Of a stretch of 64,000 nt of DNA, positions 38,931 to 48,352 are shown one piece after another. This DNA comes from Tindallia sp. MSAO_Bac2. Its GTDB lineage: Bacteria; Bacillota; Clostridia; Peptostreptococcales; Tindalliaceae. The stretch is from contig QYZZ01000078.1 in NCBI GenBank assembly GCA_003838145.1, positions 25,587 to 89,586 on the forward strand. The letters are read 5' to 3'. The position numbers and the translations under genes were made by a program. The notes below the pieces were generated by a model. It made no database searches. It was given only the letters and a program-made list of their open reading frames with translations, and was not told the DNA's origin. Each line of letters opens with the position of its first letter. The stretch's first letter is position 1.

Positions 38931-39048
38931 TCTTCATTTTTTGACTGAAAAAAAGGAATTCATCCATGGCTGTCGAATACTAAAAATAAGTATGAAGGAA
39001 AGCTGACTTTTGTTAACGGGACTGGGAGACAAAAAGGAAGTGAAATGA

Positions 39049-39219
39049 GTGGACGGCAAAGTAATTCCTCTGCGTAGCTTTAAAAACCGGGAAAGCAGCA
39101 ATAAAAAAAATAATGCCAATGATGTGATGGCTGAGAATTATGAGAGAGAGAAGACGCTGGCCTTGGTTTTGCAGGTAGCCAAAAGCATAAAGCGGGAAAA
39201 AATGGATGGAAAACGCTGA
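39049..39219 (+). CDS. Small hypothetical protein, 56 aa
   Basis: GTG start after AAGGAAGTG; MDGKVIPLRSFKNRESS...LALVLQVAKSIKREKMDGKR. Confidence 0.45.
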   Translation: MDGKVIPLRSFKNRESSNKKNNANDVMAENYEREKTLALVLQVAKSIKREKMDGKR

Positions 39220-39271
39220 AAAAAGTCTGGAAGGTGCCTAATCAAAGAAGAGGCCTTTCCAGACTTTTGTA

Positions 39272-39910
39272 TTAAAACTGCGAAATGTCCTTATAATAAA
39301 TCAGATCCGTAAAGGTTTCGCCAATATAATCCTCGTATCGGACCCCTGCCAGCAGATAATGCTGCTTTTTGCGGAAAGCCAGTGAAGCAAAATTAGGCGT
39401 TGGGCTGATGATTGTCTCTGCTAAAATGGTTTCGATATCCTTGGCCCGGATATCGGCAATCAGCCGCTTGTACAACTCGCTTCCAATACCGTGTCCGGTA
39501 AGGTAAGACTGAATGGCTGTTTTGTCGACAACAACAAAATCATTGAGCCGGTCCTGGTCAAAGGAGGGGTGCCAGTGCACATCTTCCAGCCAGGTTGGAT
39601 TATCCTCCAGCCATTGTTGTTTTGTATAAGCGATCAGAAAACCTACAATTTGTTTTCGGGATTTTCCGGTAACATTTTCCGCCACATAAAAGTGTTCCAA
39701 CCGCTGAGATAGCTGTAGAAACTTTTCTTTATAGTATGCTGGATCTGAAGCATAATTATCAACGAGGAAACCCTGAGAAGAGTCTTTTTCGCCTGTTCCT
39801 ACTGAAGCTGCTATCTGAAAAACAGAGTCAATATCCTCCGCCTTAACACGACGGACTTTTATATAACTCCGAAATATGATTTTTTCTTTGCCAGCAGAAC
39901 CTGGAATCAT
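39272..39910 (-). CDS. GNAT family acetyltransferase
   Basis: VDKTAIQSYLTGHGIGSELY acetyl-CoA motif; TPNFASLAF. Confidence 0.75.
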   Translation of the reverse strand: MIPGSAGKEKIIFRSYIKVRRVKAEDIDSVFQIAASVGTGEKDSSQGFLVDNYASDPAYYKEKFLQLSQRLEHFYVAENVTGKSRKQIVGFLIAYTKQQWLEDNPTWLEDVHWHPSFDQDRLNDFVVVDKTAIQSYLTGHGIGSELYKRLIADIRAKDIETILAETIISPTPNFASLAFRKKQHYLLAGVRYEDYIGETFTDLIYYKDISQF

Positions 39911-40032
39911 TGGAGCCCCTCCTTTATCGAATTAATTAATGCATCAGGGACCTCGGGCGGCTCCCTTTAGAGCATAACAGTACAATAATTATAGTATATG
40001 AAGGAAAATCTGTCAATCTGCCAATTCTTTAC

Positions 40033-40054
40033 ATACCATAGGGGGGTATGGTAT
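40033..40054. promoter_or_regulatory. CsoR operator overlapping sigmaA promoter
   Basis: ATACCATA-GGGGGG-TATGGTAT between TTTACA and TATAAT. Confidence 0.8.
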
Positions 40055-40078
40055 AATAATTCTGAAGGAGGCGAGGGA

Positions 40079-40369
40079 ATGGATTCATCTAAGAAGCCGT
40101 CAATGCACTCGGCTGAAGTTCAAAAAAGTCTGTTGCACCGACTTAACCGGGTAGAAGGCCAGGTGAGGGGCATAAAAAAACTCATTGAAAGCGAAGCCTA
40201 TTGTGATGATATTCTGCATCAGCTGGAAGCATCAAGATCAGCGCTGAAAGCAATAGAAATGGTATTGTTGGAGAGTCATATGAAACATTGTGTGATGCAC
40301 CAGCTTCAGGAGGGCGACATGTCTGTTGTGGATGAAATCCTCACAACACTGAAGAAAATCGCCAAATAA
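40079..40369 (+). CDS. csoR: Copper-sensing repressor CsoR
   Basis: RLNRVEGQVRGI, YCDDILHQL, HMKHCV. Confidence 0.92.
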   Translation: MDSSKKPSMHSAEVQKSLLHRLNRVEGQVRGIKKLIESEAYCDDILHQLEASRSALKAIEMVLLESHMKHCVMHQLQEGDMSVVDEILTTLKKIAK

Positions 40370-40423
40370 TGAAGAGGTAAAAATGAAAGACAATAACAAG
40401 AACTTGCAAAAGGAAGGGTTCTC

Positions 40424-42904
40424 ATGGAAAAAACAGAAATAAAAATAAACGGAATGAGTTGCACCAGTTGTTCAGCAGCCATCGAAAAAAAACTTTCAAA
40501 ATGGGACAGTGTTGAAACTGCCAATATTAATTTTGCGACAGAAAAGCTGCATATTTCCTATGACGAAACCAGGGTTTCTCTGGAGGAAATTGCAGAAGCC
40601 ATTGAAGACTTGGGTTATCAGCCAATGGAAACGGAAAAAGAAACAGATGACAATGAAAAGCCGGTACGAAAAACCGTAAAGGTTTCCGGCATGACTTGTA
40701 CTGCCTGCTCGGCGGCCATCGAAAAAGGGCTTAATAAAATGAAGGGCATCGAAGAAGCTACCATTAATTTTGCTGCAGAAAAGCTGACGGTTACTTTTTG
40801 GCCCGGGGAAGTCCGTATGGCTGAAATCAGCCGGAAAGTATCGGACCTGGGATATGAATTGCAGATGGATGAAAGTCCGGATGAAAAGGTGGATGAAGAT
40901 GAAGCGATGATGCACCGATCGTGGAAACGAATGATTCAGTCAGCCGTGCTATCAGGAACCATAATGCTTTTGATGATTTTCCACATGGTCCTTGGCGTTG
41001 ACATACCTTATTACCTCGTTATCGTTAATCTGCTGGCGCTGCCAAACATATTCTGGCTGGGCCGGTCCGTTCATAAAGCAAGTTTTAATGCGCTGAAAAA
41101 CGGAAGCCCCAATATGGATGTTCTGGTATCGCTGGGATCTCTTCCGCCCTATCTGATAGGGCTGAGTGCTTTCTTCTTCCCTCTGCAGGCATTCACGGAA
41201 ATGGCCAGTAGTATTATGACCTTTCACCTGATTGGTAAATACCTGGAAAGCAGGGCGAAAGGACGTGCCTCTCAGGCAATAAGAAAACTGGTTCAGATGG
41301 GGGCGAAAACAGCAAAGATTATTCTAAAGGGTGAAGAAGTGGAAGTTTCCGTTGATGAATTGCAGCCAGGAGATGTGATGGTAGTAAGGCCTGGCGAAAA
41401 AGTCCCGACGGATGGAGAAATAATAGAAGGTTCCAGCACTTTGGATGAATCTATGGCAACAGGTGAATCCATGCCGGTAAAACGGGAAAAGGGGGATCCG
41501 GTAATCGGTGCAACTATTAACAAACAAGGCCTCCTGAAGGTGAAAGTCACTAAAGTTGGAGATGAGACATTCCTGTCGCAGGTTATTCAGCTGGTAGAGG
41601 CTTGCCAGGGTTCAAAGGTTCCCATTCAGGAATTTGCCGACCGCATTACCGGATACTTTGTTCCGGCTATACTGGTGATTACGGCTCTGGTCTTTACATC
41701 AAATATACTGTTTCCTGACTTTCATCAGGGAATTCTTAAGTGGGGAGCTGAATTTCTTCCCTGGGTGAATCCGGACGCTGGGACCCTATCCATTGCCTTT
41801 GTGACAGCAACCGCCGTATTGGTTATTGCCTGCCCCTGTGCACTGGGTCTGGGAACGCCTACAGCATTAATGGTGGGAAGCGGAATGGGAGCAGAGAACG
41901 GAATACTGATCCGAAATGGAGAAGCTGTTCAGACTTTTAAAGATCTGAAAATGATTATCTTCGATAAAACCGGAACCTTAACCCATGGTAAGCCGGCAGT
42001 AACCGACACTATTGCCGAAGCCGGAGTTGATGAGCATACGTTAATGAATGTTGCCGGATCTCTTGAAAAAGGATCGGAGCATCCGCTGGCTCATGCAATA
42101 ATGGAAGAAGTCCAAAAAAAGAATATCAAGCCGGATGAGATTCAGGGATTTAATGCGGTCACAGGCTTTGGGATTGAAGGAATATTGGATGGGCGCCAGG
42201 TTTTTATGGGAAATCGAAAACTGATGGAAAAATATGGAGTGAAATATCAGCACCTGGATGAAGAAATCCGCAAATTAGAGGAAGAAGCTAAAACCGTTAT
42301 GATGGTGGCACGTGAAGATCAGCTATTAGGACTGATTGCTGTTGCGGATCCGGTGAAGGAAGATTCCTCGAGAGCTGTTAAAGAATTGCAGGAAATGGGT
42401 ATTCAGACAGCGATGGTAACAGGGGACAACCAGCGGACGGCCAATGCCATTGCGGAAAAAATCGGCATTGATTATGTGATAGCTGAAGTACTGCCTGAGG
42501 GCAAAGTGGACGAGGTGAAAAAGCTTCAAAAAGAATTTGAAACCGTAGCCATGGTTGGTGATGGGATTAATGACGCTCCGGCGCTGAAACAGGCAAATAT
42601 CGGCATAGCTATCGGAACCGGAACAGATGTTGCCATTGAAGCTGCGGATGTGACGCTGGTAAAAGGAGATCTGGGTGGTATTATTTCATCAATTCTTCTG
42701 TCGAGAGGCACATTCCGGAAGATTAAGGAAAATTATTTCTGGGCCTGGTTTTATAATGCCATTGCAATACCGGTAGCGATGATGGGTCTGCTTCATCCAA
42801 TGATTGGAGCTGCTGCCATGTCAGTCAGTTCCCTCAACGTAGTTTATAATTCGCTGCGACTTAAGAAAACAGATATTAAGCCGTCCTTTAAACAAGCGCA
42901 ATAA
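40424..42904 (+). CDS. copA: Cu(I)-translocating P1B-1 ATPase
   Basis: Two CxxC HMA domains, TGES, CPC, DKTGT, SEHPL, GDGINDAP, YN..AIP. Confidence 0.95.
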   Translation: MEKTEIKINGMSCTSCSAAIEKKLSKWDSVETANINFATEKLHISYDETRVSLEEIAEAIEDLGYQPMETEKETDDNEKPVRKTVKVSGMTCTACSAAIEKGLNKMKGIEEATINFAAEKLTVTFWPGEVRMAEISRKVSDLGYELQMDESPDEKVDEDEAMMHRSWKRMIQSAVLSGTIMLLMIFHMVLGVDIPYYLVIVNLLALPNIFWLGRSVHKASFNALKNGSPNMDVLVSLGSLPPYLIGLSAFFFPLQAFTEMASSIMTFHLIGKYLESRAKGRASQAIRKLVQMGAKTAKIILKGEEVEVSVDELQPGDVMVVRPGEKVPTDGEIIEGSSTLDESMATGESMPVKREKGDPVIGATINKQGLLKVKVTKVGDETFLSQVIQLVEACQGSKVPIQEFADRITGYFVPAILVITALVFTSNILFPDFHQGILKWGAEFLPWVNPDAGTLSIAFVTATAVLVIACPCALGLGTPTALMVGSGMGAENGILIRNGEAVQTFKDLKMIIFDKTGTLTHGKPAVTDTIAEAGVDEHTLMNVAGSLEKGSEHPLAHAIMEEVQKKNIKPDEIQGFNAVTGFGIEGILDGRQVFMGNRKLMEKYGVKYQHLDEEIRKLEEEAKTVMMVAREDQLLGLIAVADPVKEDSSRAVKELQEMGIQTAMVTGDNQRTANAIAEKIGIDYVIAEVLPEGKVDEVKKLQKEFETVAMVGDGINDAPALKQANIGIAIGTGTDVAIEAADVTLVKGDLGGIISSILLSRGTFRKIKENYFWAWFYNAIAIPVAMMGLLHPMIGAAAMSVSSLNVVYNSLRLKKTDIKPSFKQAQ

Positions 42905-42926
42905 AATCACCTGAAGGAGGATGAAA

Positions 42927-43142
42927 ATGAAAAAACGTATTAAAATTGAAGGAATGACCTGCGGACACTGCTCAGCCCGTGTGGAGAAGCAGCTTAAAAA
43001 ACTGGAAGGGGTAGAGGAAGTGGTGGTGGACCTGGAAGCTAAGAACGCAATGATTACCCTTTCGGCAGCAGTTGACAACGAAACAATAGCAGAGGCGGTT
43101 GATGATGCCGGCTATGATGTAACAGACATATCAGATGTATAG
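42927..43142 (+). CDS. copZ: Copper chaperone
   Basis: IEGMTCGHC. Confidence 0.93.
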   Translation: MKKRIKIEGMTCGHCSARVEKQLKKLEGVEEVVVDLEAKNAMITLSAAVDNETIAEAVDDAGYDVTDISDV

Positions 43143-43171
43143 AAAAAGCGGATCCGAGGATCCGCTTTTTT
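43143..43171 (+). terminator. Intrinsic terminator
   Basis: AAAAAGCGGATC/GATCCGCTTTTTT. Confidence 0.85.
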
Positions 43172-43186
43172 GATAGTGAGGTTCTT

Positions 43187-43234
43187 GTGCCCTGCGGGTA
43201 CGAGTGCCCCGTGGGTACGAGTGCCCCTTGGGTA
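43187..43234. repeat. 17-bp tandem repeat, about 2.8 copies
   Basis: GTGCCC-NNN-GGGTACGA units. Confidence 0.85.
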
Positions 43235-43243
43235 TTTGAACTG

Positions 43244-43278
43244 AATTATCCATTATCAATCATCAATTCTCAATTACA
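43244..43278. repeat. Heptamer tandem array (AATTATC-like) x5
   Basis: AATTATC CATTATC AATCATC AATTCTC AATTACA. Confidence 0.7.
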
Positions 43279-43549
43279 ACTGACGCGAAGTGTCTTTGTT
43301 CATGCTTTAAAATGATGATGCAATTATTTTGAATAGATTCAAAAATTTTGATTGATTTCTACGTGGAAATAATGTATGATGAGTTAAGGAAAAGGTTATC
43401 CTAAGCGTACATATATATCAAAACCCCTGTTTATGCGAATGCTGACTGATTTGTTTAAGGGTATATTCGATATTCTAAGCGAAATATCAGAAATTGCTAA
43501 GGTAAATCATTAAGTGTCAGTACCGCATCACGAATTTTTTTGATCAAGT

Positions 43550-43567
43550 TTGTCTTATATTTCACAA
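43550..43567. promoter_or_regulatory. Possible Rex box
   Basis: TTGTCTT-ATAT-TTCACAA vs TTGTGAA-N4-TTCACAA; right half perfect. Confidence 0.35.
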
Positions 43568-43666
43568 GCGCTGATTTGGATTAAAGATATTTAAAATCAT
43601 TAGCTAACTTGTGACTTAATAAAGAAAATAAAAAAACATTTAAAAAGGAGAAGGAGGAGTTTTTTA

Positions 43667-44635
43667 ATGAAACAACATAAGTTATTAAGTTTATTACTTG
43701 CATTACTACTTGCTCTGTCATTACTTGCTGGGTGTGGATCACCGGCAGACGAGCCAGCAGAAACAGAAGAACCAGCTGTAGAGGAAACTGTGGAAGAGCC
43801 GGCTGAAGAGCCTGAAGAAGAAGAAACGGAAGAACTGGATGAAGCGGCTGTTATATGGGATGCGACAACAGCGTATTTCGATTCCATTACCGAAGAAAAC
43901 AGTACTTGGAACATGGTGCCTTTTGCAGATGCACTGCCTATGATCGAAGACAATCCGGATGCAGTATTTATCGTTGATATGCGTGGCGCAGATGATTACG
44001 CAGAGGGTCATATCCCTGGAGCCGTTCACATCCCCTACGCAGAAATTGGAGAAAAGATGGACGTACTTCCTGCCAATCGTCAAATTATGGTTTATTGCTT
44101 TACCGGTCAAACCTCTGGCCAGGCCGTTGCAGCTATGCAGTTGATGGGCTTTAACGCAGTATCCCTGCAAGGTGGAATGAACTTTGGCTGGGCACCACTG
44201 GAGTTAGACGAAGACACCCTGGAAACAGAAGCAAATGAACTGCCTGAAGCAAACGCAGACTGGACTCCCGAACAGGAAATCCTGCTAGCTGCCATTAACG
44301 ATCATTTCACCCAGGGAACCAACCATATCGTTCGGCCGCCAGAAGTACATGACTTAATTGAAGGTAGTCCTGAAGCTATCCAAATTGTAGATATTCGTAA
44401 CCAGGAAGCTTATGATGAGGGTCATATAGAAGGTGCTGTATTGATTCCTTTCCCGGAAGTTGGAGAGCGTATGGATGAGTTTTCAACAACCAAGCCGGTT
44501 TATGTTACCTGCTTCTCAGGACAAACTGCCGGTCAAACCATCTTGAATCTTCGTCTCAACGGTATTAATGCAATGCCGATTTACCGAGGTATGAGAGGCT
44601 GGACTGGTGATGAAATGCCAGTAGTAACTGAATAA
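43667..44635 (+). CDS. Lipoprotein with two rhodanese domains
   Basis: Lipobox LLAGC, acidic linker, GHIPGA/GHIEGA, active-site loops CFTGQTS and CFSGQTA. Confidence 0.9.
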   Translation: MKQHKLLSLLLALLLALSLLAGCGSPADEPAETEEPAVEETVEEPAEEPEEEETEELDEAAVIWDATTAYFDSITEENSTWNMVPFADALPMIEDNPDAVFIVDMRGADDYAEGHIPGAVHIPYAEIGEKMDVLPANRQIMVYCFTGQTSGQAVAAMQLMGFNAVSLQGGMNFGWAPLELDEDTLETEANELPEANADWTPEQEILLAAINDHFTQGTNHIVRPPEVHDLIEGSPEAIQIVDIRNQEAYDEGHIEGAVLIPFPEVGERMDEFSTTKPVYVTCFSGQTAGQTILNLRLNGINAMPIYRGMRGWTGDEMPVVTE

Positions 44636-44678
44636 AGTAAGTATTCATTTTGTATATCCCCCTAAATTGCTTCGTTTC

Positions 44679-44705
44679 CCATCCGGTCTTATTAACCGGA
44701 TGGGA
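44679..44705. other. Intercistronic stem-loop
   Basis: CCCATCCGGT/ACCGGATGGG. Confidence 0.6.
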
Positions 44706-44750
44706 CGGAGTATTTTTACACTTAAATCAGCGGAGAAAGGAATGGAATAA

Positions 44751-45821
44751 ATGGACAAAGAGCAGATTGTAGCAATCCTGGTCCTGGTAGTTTTGAGCGT
44801 AGGCATACTCTTTGGATGTAACGCCATTGGCGAGACTGATATGGCTGACGTGACCAGCTATGAAGTAACAGCGGAAGGCTACGGAGGACCTGTTCGTCTA
44901 CTGGTGCATGTAGATGGAGAAGAAATAGCAGATATTGAAGTACTGGAACAAAATGAAACCGAAGGACTGGGAGACACGGCAATCGAAGCTATGATCGCAA
45001 AAATTATTGAAAACCAGTCTGTGGATGTGGATGTGCACTCCGGTGCTACCGTTTCTTCCAAGGCAGTAATTGAAGCAGTAAAGAGTGCGCTGGAGGAAGC
45101 CGGTATATCTCTTGGAGATGCTGTAGCAGGAACGGATGAAGCCGATGAAGAATCAGCCCCGGTTGAATATGAAGCAGAAGGTACTTTGGCTATTGCATCC
45201 GGTTATGGTGGAGACGTTGTACTGGACGTCATCATGGACGGTGATGAAATAGTTGATATTAAGGTGCTGGATCAAAGCGAGACTCCAAATCTTGGAGATG
45301 TAGCCATTGATGCTATGATCGCAAAAATACTTAGTGCCCAGAGTCCGGATGTAGACGTGGAATCCGGAGCCACAGCTTCTTCAGAGGCTGTTATGAAAGC
45401 AGTAGCAGAAGCTACCGGACAAAACGTAGCAGAAAGGGAAGCGCCTGAAGATCCTGCGGCACAATATGACCTGGAAACTTATGAACCGGAAGGCATTATG
45501 GTATCGGGAAAAGGATTCCAGGATCGTTACGACATTTATTTGGATGTCATATTTGATGGAAATGAAATTACAGAAATTCGTGTCATCGAACATGGAGAAA
45601 CCAAAGGCTTTGGTGATGGTGCGCTTAGGGCTGTCCCTGAGAGAATTATTAACCAGCAAAGTGCTGAGGTAGATGTACAAACCGGTGCTACCTGGACATC
45701 AAATTCTACCATGGAACTGGTCCGACAGGCCGTTGAAGAAGCAGGAATTGAACTGACAGAACGTGAAGCTGCAGAAGCGGATGAGCCAGCTCCTGCTGCG
45801 GCACCCAGCGCTGGCGGCTGA
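44751..45821 (+). CDS. Membrane-anchored protein with three FMN-binding (flavinylation) domains
   Basis: Three repeats ending VHSGATVSS, VESGATASS, VQTGATWTS; GYGG and ET.GLG motifs. Confidence 0.9.
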   Translation: MDKEQIVAILVLVVLSVGILFGCNAIGETDMADVTSYEVTAEGYGGPVRLLVHVDGEEIADIEVLEQNETEGLGDTAIEAMIAKIIENQSVDVDVHSGATVSSKAVIEAVKSALEEAGISLGDAVAGTDEADEESAPVEYEAEGTLAIASGYGGDVVLDVIMDGDEIVDIKVLDQSETPNLGDVAIDAMIAKILSAQSPDVDVESGATASSEAVMKAVAEATGQNVAEREAPEDPAAQYDLETYEPEGIMVSGKGFQDRYDIYLDVIFDGNEITEIRVIEHGETKGFGDGALRAVPERIINQQSAEVDVQTGATWTSNSTMELVRQAVEEAGIELTEREAAEADEPAPAAAPSAGG

Positions 45822-45947
45822 GGTTAGTAAATTGATATCTGCGGGACGCAGATAAATTAAGTTGATTTATTTAGATATAAGATTTGACTCAGGATGTAAT
45901 ATATCCTTTAAGGAATCGAATATATTCTTGGAAAAAGGAGGACTATC

Positions 45948-46616
45948 ATGAACAAGGAAGCAAAAAACAACAGTGAAAACAAAAGCCTGAGCCGTAAAGA
46001 TTTTTTAAAGGGAATGGGAACCACTTTGGCAGGTGTTACGCTGTTTGGAGGAATGGGAACAGTCCTGGCCTCATTCAACGAAGCAGAAGCTGCGGAAAAG
46101 TCTGGCATGGAGCATCCGCTTCCCTATAAAAGAATCGATCCTGACAAAGCTGCCGAGAGAGCTTACAAATACTACAAAGAAAAAGGTGGCTGAGGCGTCG
46201 GTACAGCCGAAGGTCTTTTCGGCTACTTAGCAGCAGAAGCAGGATACCCCTACAACCAAATTCCAACGACCATGTACCGTTCCTTTGCAGGAGGCTTTGC
46301 GCTTGAAGCTTCTTTGTGTGGAACTCTGGCCGTTGCATCCGGTTTTATCGGATTATTTACAGTAGACAAGCAAAACCAACTTGTAAAAGAACTGTTTGAC
46401 TGGTACAAACAAGCAGAACTGCCTATATACAACCCGGACTTTCCTGACCATGCAGTAACGGTTGCAGAATCAACTATGTGCTATGACTCAGTTTCTAAGT
46501 TTATTCGGAAAGAAGACGTAGCGTTTCAGTCTCCTGAACGATCCAGTCGTTGCGCCGGGGTTGCCGCTGAAGTTGTGAGGACTACTGCAAAAATCCTTAA
46601 CCGTGAGTTTGCTTAA
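45948..46616 (+). CDS. Tat-signal C-GCAxxG-C-C family selenoprotein (split-Soret cytochrome-like), Sec82, 222 aa
   Basis: Track ORFs 45948-46193 and 46272-46616 share a frame; TGA 46191-46193 in KGG-U-GVGTAEG; open frame after; SLCG, TMCY, SRCAG; SRKDFLK signal. Confidence 0.85.
46205..46224 (+). promoter_or_regulatory. Putative bacterial SECIS hairpin
   Basis: AGCCGAAG-GTCT-TTTCGGCT starting 12 nt after TGA; G first in loop. Confidence 0.7.
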
Positions 46617-46649
46617 ATAATAATCGTTTTTAAAAATGAAGGTTAATAG

Positions 46650-46700
46650 AGAACCGCCCAAAACTATCGTTGAATTATAGAAGCTTTGGGCGGTTTTCTT
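46650..46700 (+). terminator. Intrinsic terminator
   Basis: AACCGCCCAAA/TTTGGGCGGTT followed by TTCTTT. Confidence 0.65.
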
Positions 46701-46774
46701 TGAAATACATAGTATGCGGAAAGAGAGTATTATATTCTAATGTTTGTTAATGATCAAAATGAGGGGATGAGTGG

Positions 46775-48352
46775 ATGGATAGCCGCATCCGTTTTCGGAA
46801 TTCGCTTCGGTTTAAAATAAGTTTAGTGTCCTTTGCGGTGGTGATCCTCATCATGGCTGTAATGTTATTCCGGTCCCACCGTGAAAGACTGGAACTGATT
46901 CGTATGCAGGAAGAGGTACTGAATGAACTTGCTGTATCCACCATAGATCGCCGGTTTAAAGTAAGCTATGAAATTCTGGAGACAGGACTGACTCAGGTGC
47001 TTGCAAATCCAGCCATCGCAGAAGCTTTTTACCAGAGAGACAGAGAAAGTCTTGAAAAACTTGTAATGCCATCCTTCGAAAGGCTTGAAGCAGTAGGCGT
47101 GTGTCGATTTCATTTTCATCTGCCTGATCAGACAACTTTTCTCAGGGTACATGACCCGGAAGATTACGGAGATGACCTTAGTACTTTCAGGGAAATAGTT
47201 GTCAGTATTAATGAAGATCCTCAGCGGAAGCCCATCAAAGGCATTGAAAAAGGAGAGGGAGGCACCTCTCTTCGTTATATATCGGCTGTGTATCACGGTG
47301 GGGAATACGCGGGGACGGTGGAACTGGGAATGTGCCTTGGGCCAAGAATCTTAGGCATTTTTCAAAATGTAAGTGGTGGGGACTGGTTTTTAATGCAGTT
47401 CAATGAATGGGGAGCCCGGAGAATTCATGGTACGGATTCATCCCCCTTTCCCATTAGCCTTAACGAAGAGCAACTTCTATATTTAGGCAATGGGCGGGTG
47501 TTGACAGAAACAGATCCGCCTTATGTTATTCAGCGGGTTCCTATAGCTGACTTTAAGGGTGATTATAATTACTACCTGAAAAGAATCTTCGACAACAGTG
47601 AACTGATTGGCCTGCAGCAACAGTACACAAGAGACAGTTTGATGTTTGGATTTTCCATGGCAATTGCCGGATCCATAGCTTTGTGGGCTCTTTTGCGCAG
47701 GCTATTGCAGCCGCTCCTATATCTGGAACAAAAAGTTAGACGCTTCGAGGCGGGAACCCTGGATGAAAGCATAGAAGTTACCTCAAAGGATGAAATAGCA
47801 TACCTGGCACGCGCTATGGAAAAAATGAGACAGTCAATTCATCGACGGGAAGAAAGGCTAAAGCGCATGAGCTTTCAGGATCAGTTAACGGGCATTCACA
47901 ATCGGCATTATTTTGATCAGATGATTAACGAAATGGAAGAAAAAAAGGTTTATCCTATTTCCATCATTATCGCGGATGTGGATAATCTGAAGTTTATTAA
48001 CGATAGGATTGGCCATGCGGAAGGCGACCGTCATATTGCTGACAGTGCAAAAGTACTGAAACGGGCAATGCGGCAGTCGGATTTGGTCTGCCGCATTGGT
48101 GGAGATGAATTTGCGGTTTTGCTTCCGGGCACCTGTGAAGAGGCTGTGATAAGGATCATAGAACGTATTCAGCAAGAGATTGACCTATATAATGAAGCAA
48201 TAGAAAATAATCACAGGAAAATGGAAATATCCCTGGGATTTGCAACCTGCTATGATGATAATGAATCTTTGGAAACCATGATGCAAACTGCAGATAAGAA
48301 CATGTACCGCAACAAAATGAAACGAAAAAAGGAAAAAGCGAGCAGTTTTTAA
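46775..48352 (+). CDS. Diguanylate cyclase (Cache-like sensor, HAMP, GGDEF)
   Basis: Two TM, HAMP, DQLTG, RQSD I-site, RIGGDEF. Confidence 0.92.
   Translation: MDSRIRFRNSLRFKISLVSFAVVILIMAVMLFRSHRERLELIRMQEEVLNELAVSTIDRRFKVSYEILETGLTQVLANPAIAEAFYQRDRESLEKLVMPSFERLEAVGVCRFHFHLPDQTTFLRVHDPEDYGDDLSTFREIVVSINEDPQRKPIKGIEKGEGGTSLRYISAVYHGGEYAGTVELGMCLGPRILGIFQNVSGGDWFLMQFNEWGARRIHGTDSSPFPISLNEEQLLYLGNGRVLTETDPPYVIQRVPIADFKGDYNYYLKRIFDNSELIGLQQQYTRDSLMFGFSMAIAGSIALWALLRRLLQPLLYLEQKVRRFEAGTLDESIEVTSKDEIAYLARAMEKMRQSIHRREERLKRMSFQDQLTGIHNRHYFDQMINEMEEKKVYPISIIIADVDNLKFINDRIGHAEGDRHIADSAKVLKRAMRQSDLVCRIGGDEFAVLLPGTCEEAVIRIIERIQQEIDLYNEAIENNHRKMEISLGFATCYDDNESLETMMQTADKNMYRNKMKRKKEKASSF

Noticed and set aside
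43187-43278. CRISPR array
   Set aside because: Units are 17 or 7 bp, contiguous, no unique spacers, no cas genes
43290-43660. Riboswitch in long AT-rich leader (also checked 24000-24400)
   Set aside because: No recognisable SAM, cobalamin, FMN, Moco, T-box or c-di-nucleotide consensus by eye; an Rfam scan would be decisive
45948-46616. Pseudogene interpretation of the split ORFs (also 1617-1955)
   Set aside because: TGA falls at a conserved Cys position with a SECIS-like hairpin and no other lesion; Sec recoding fits better
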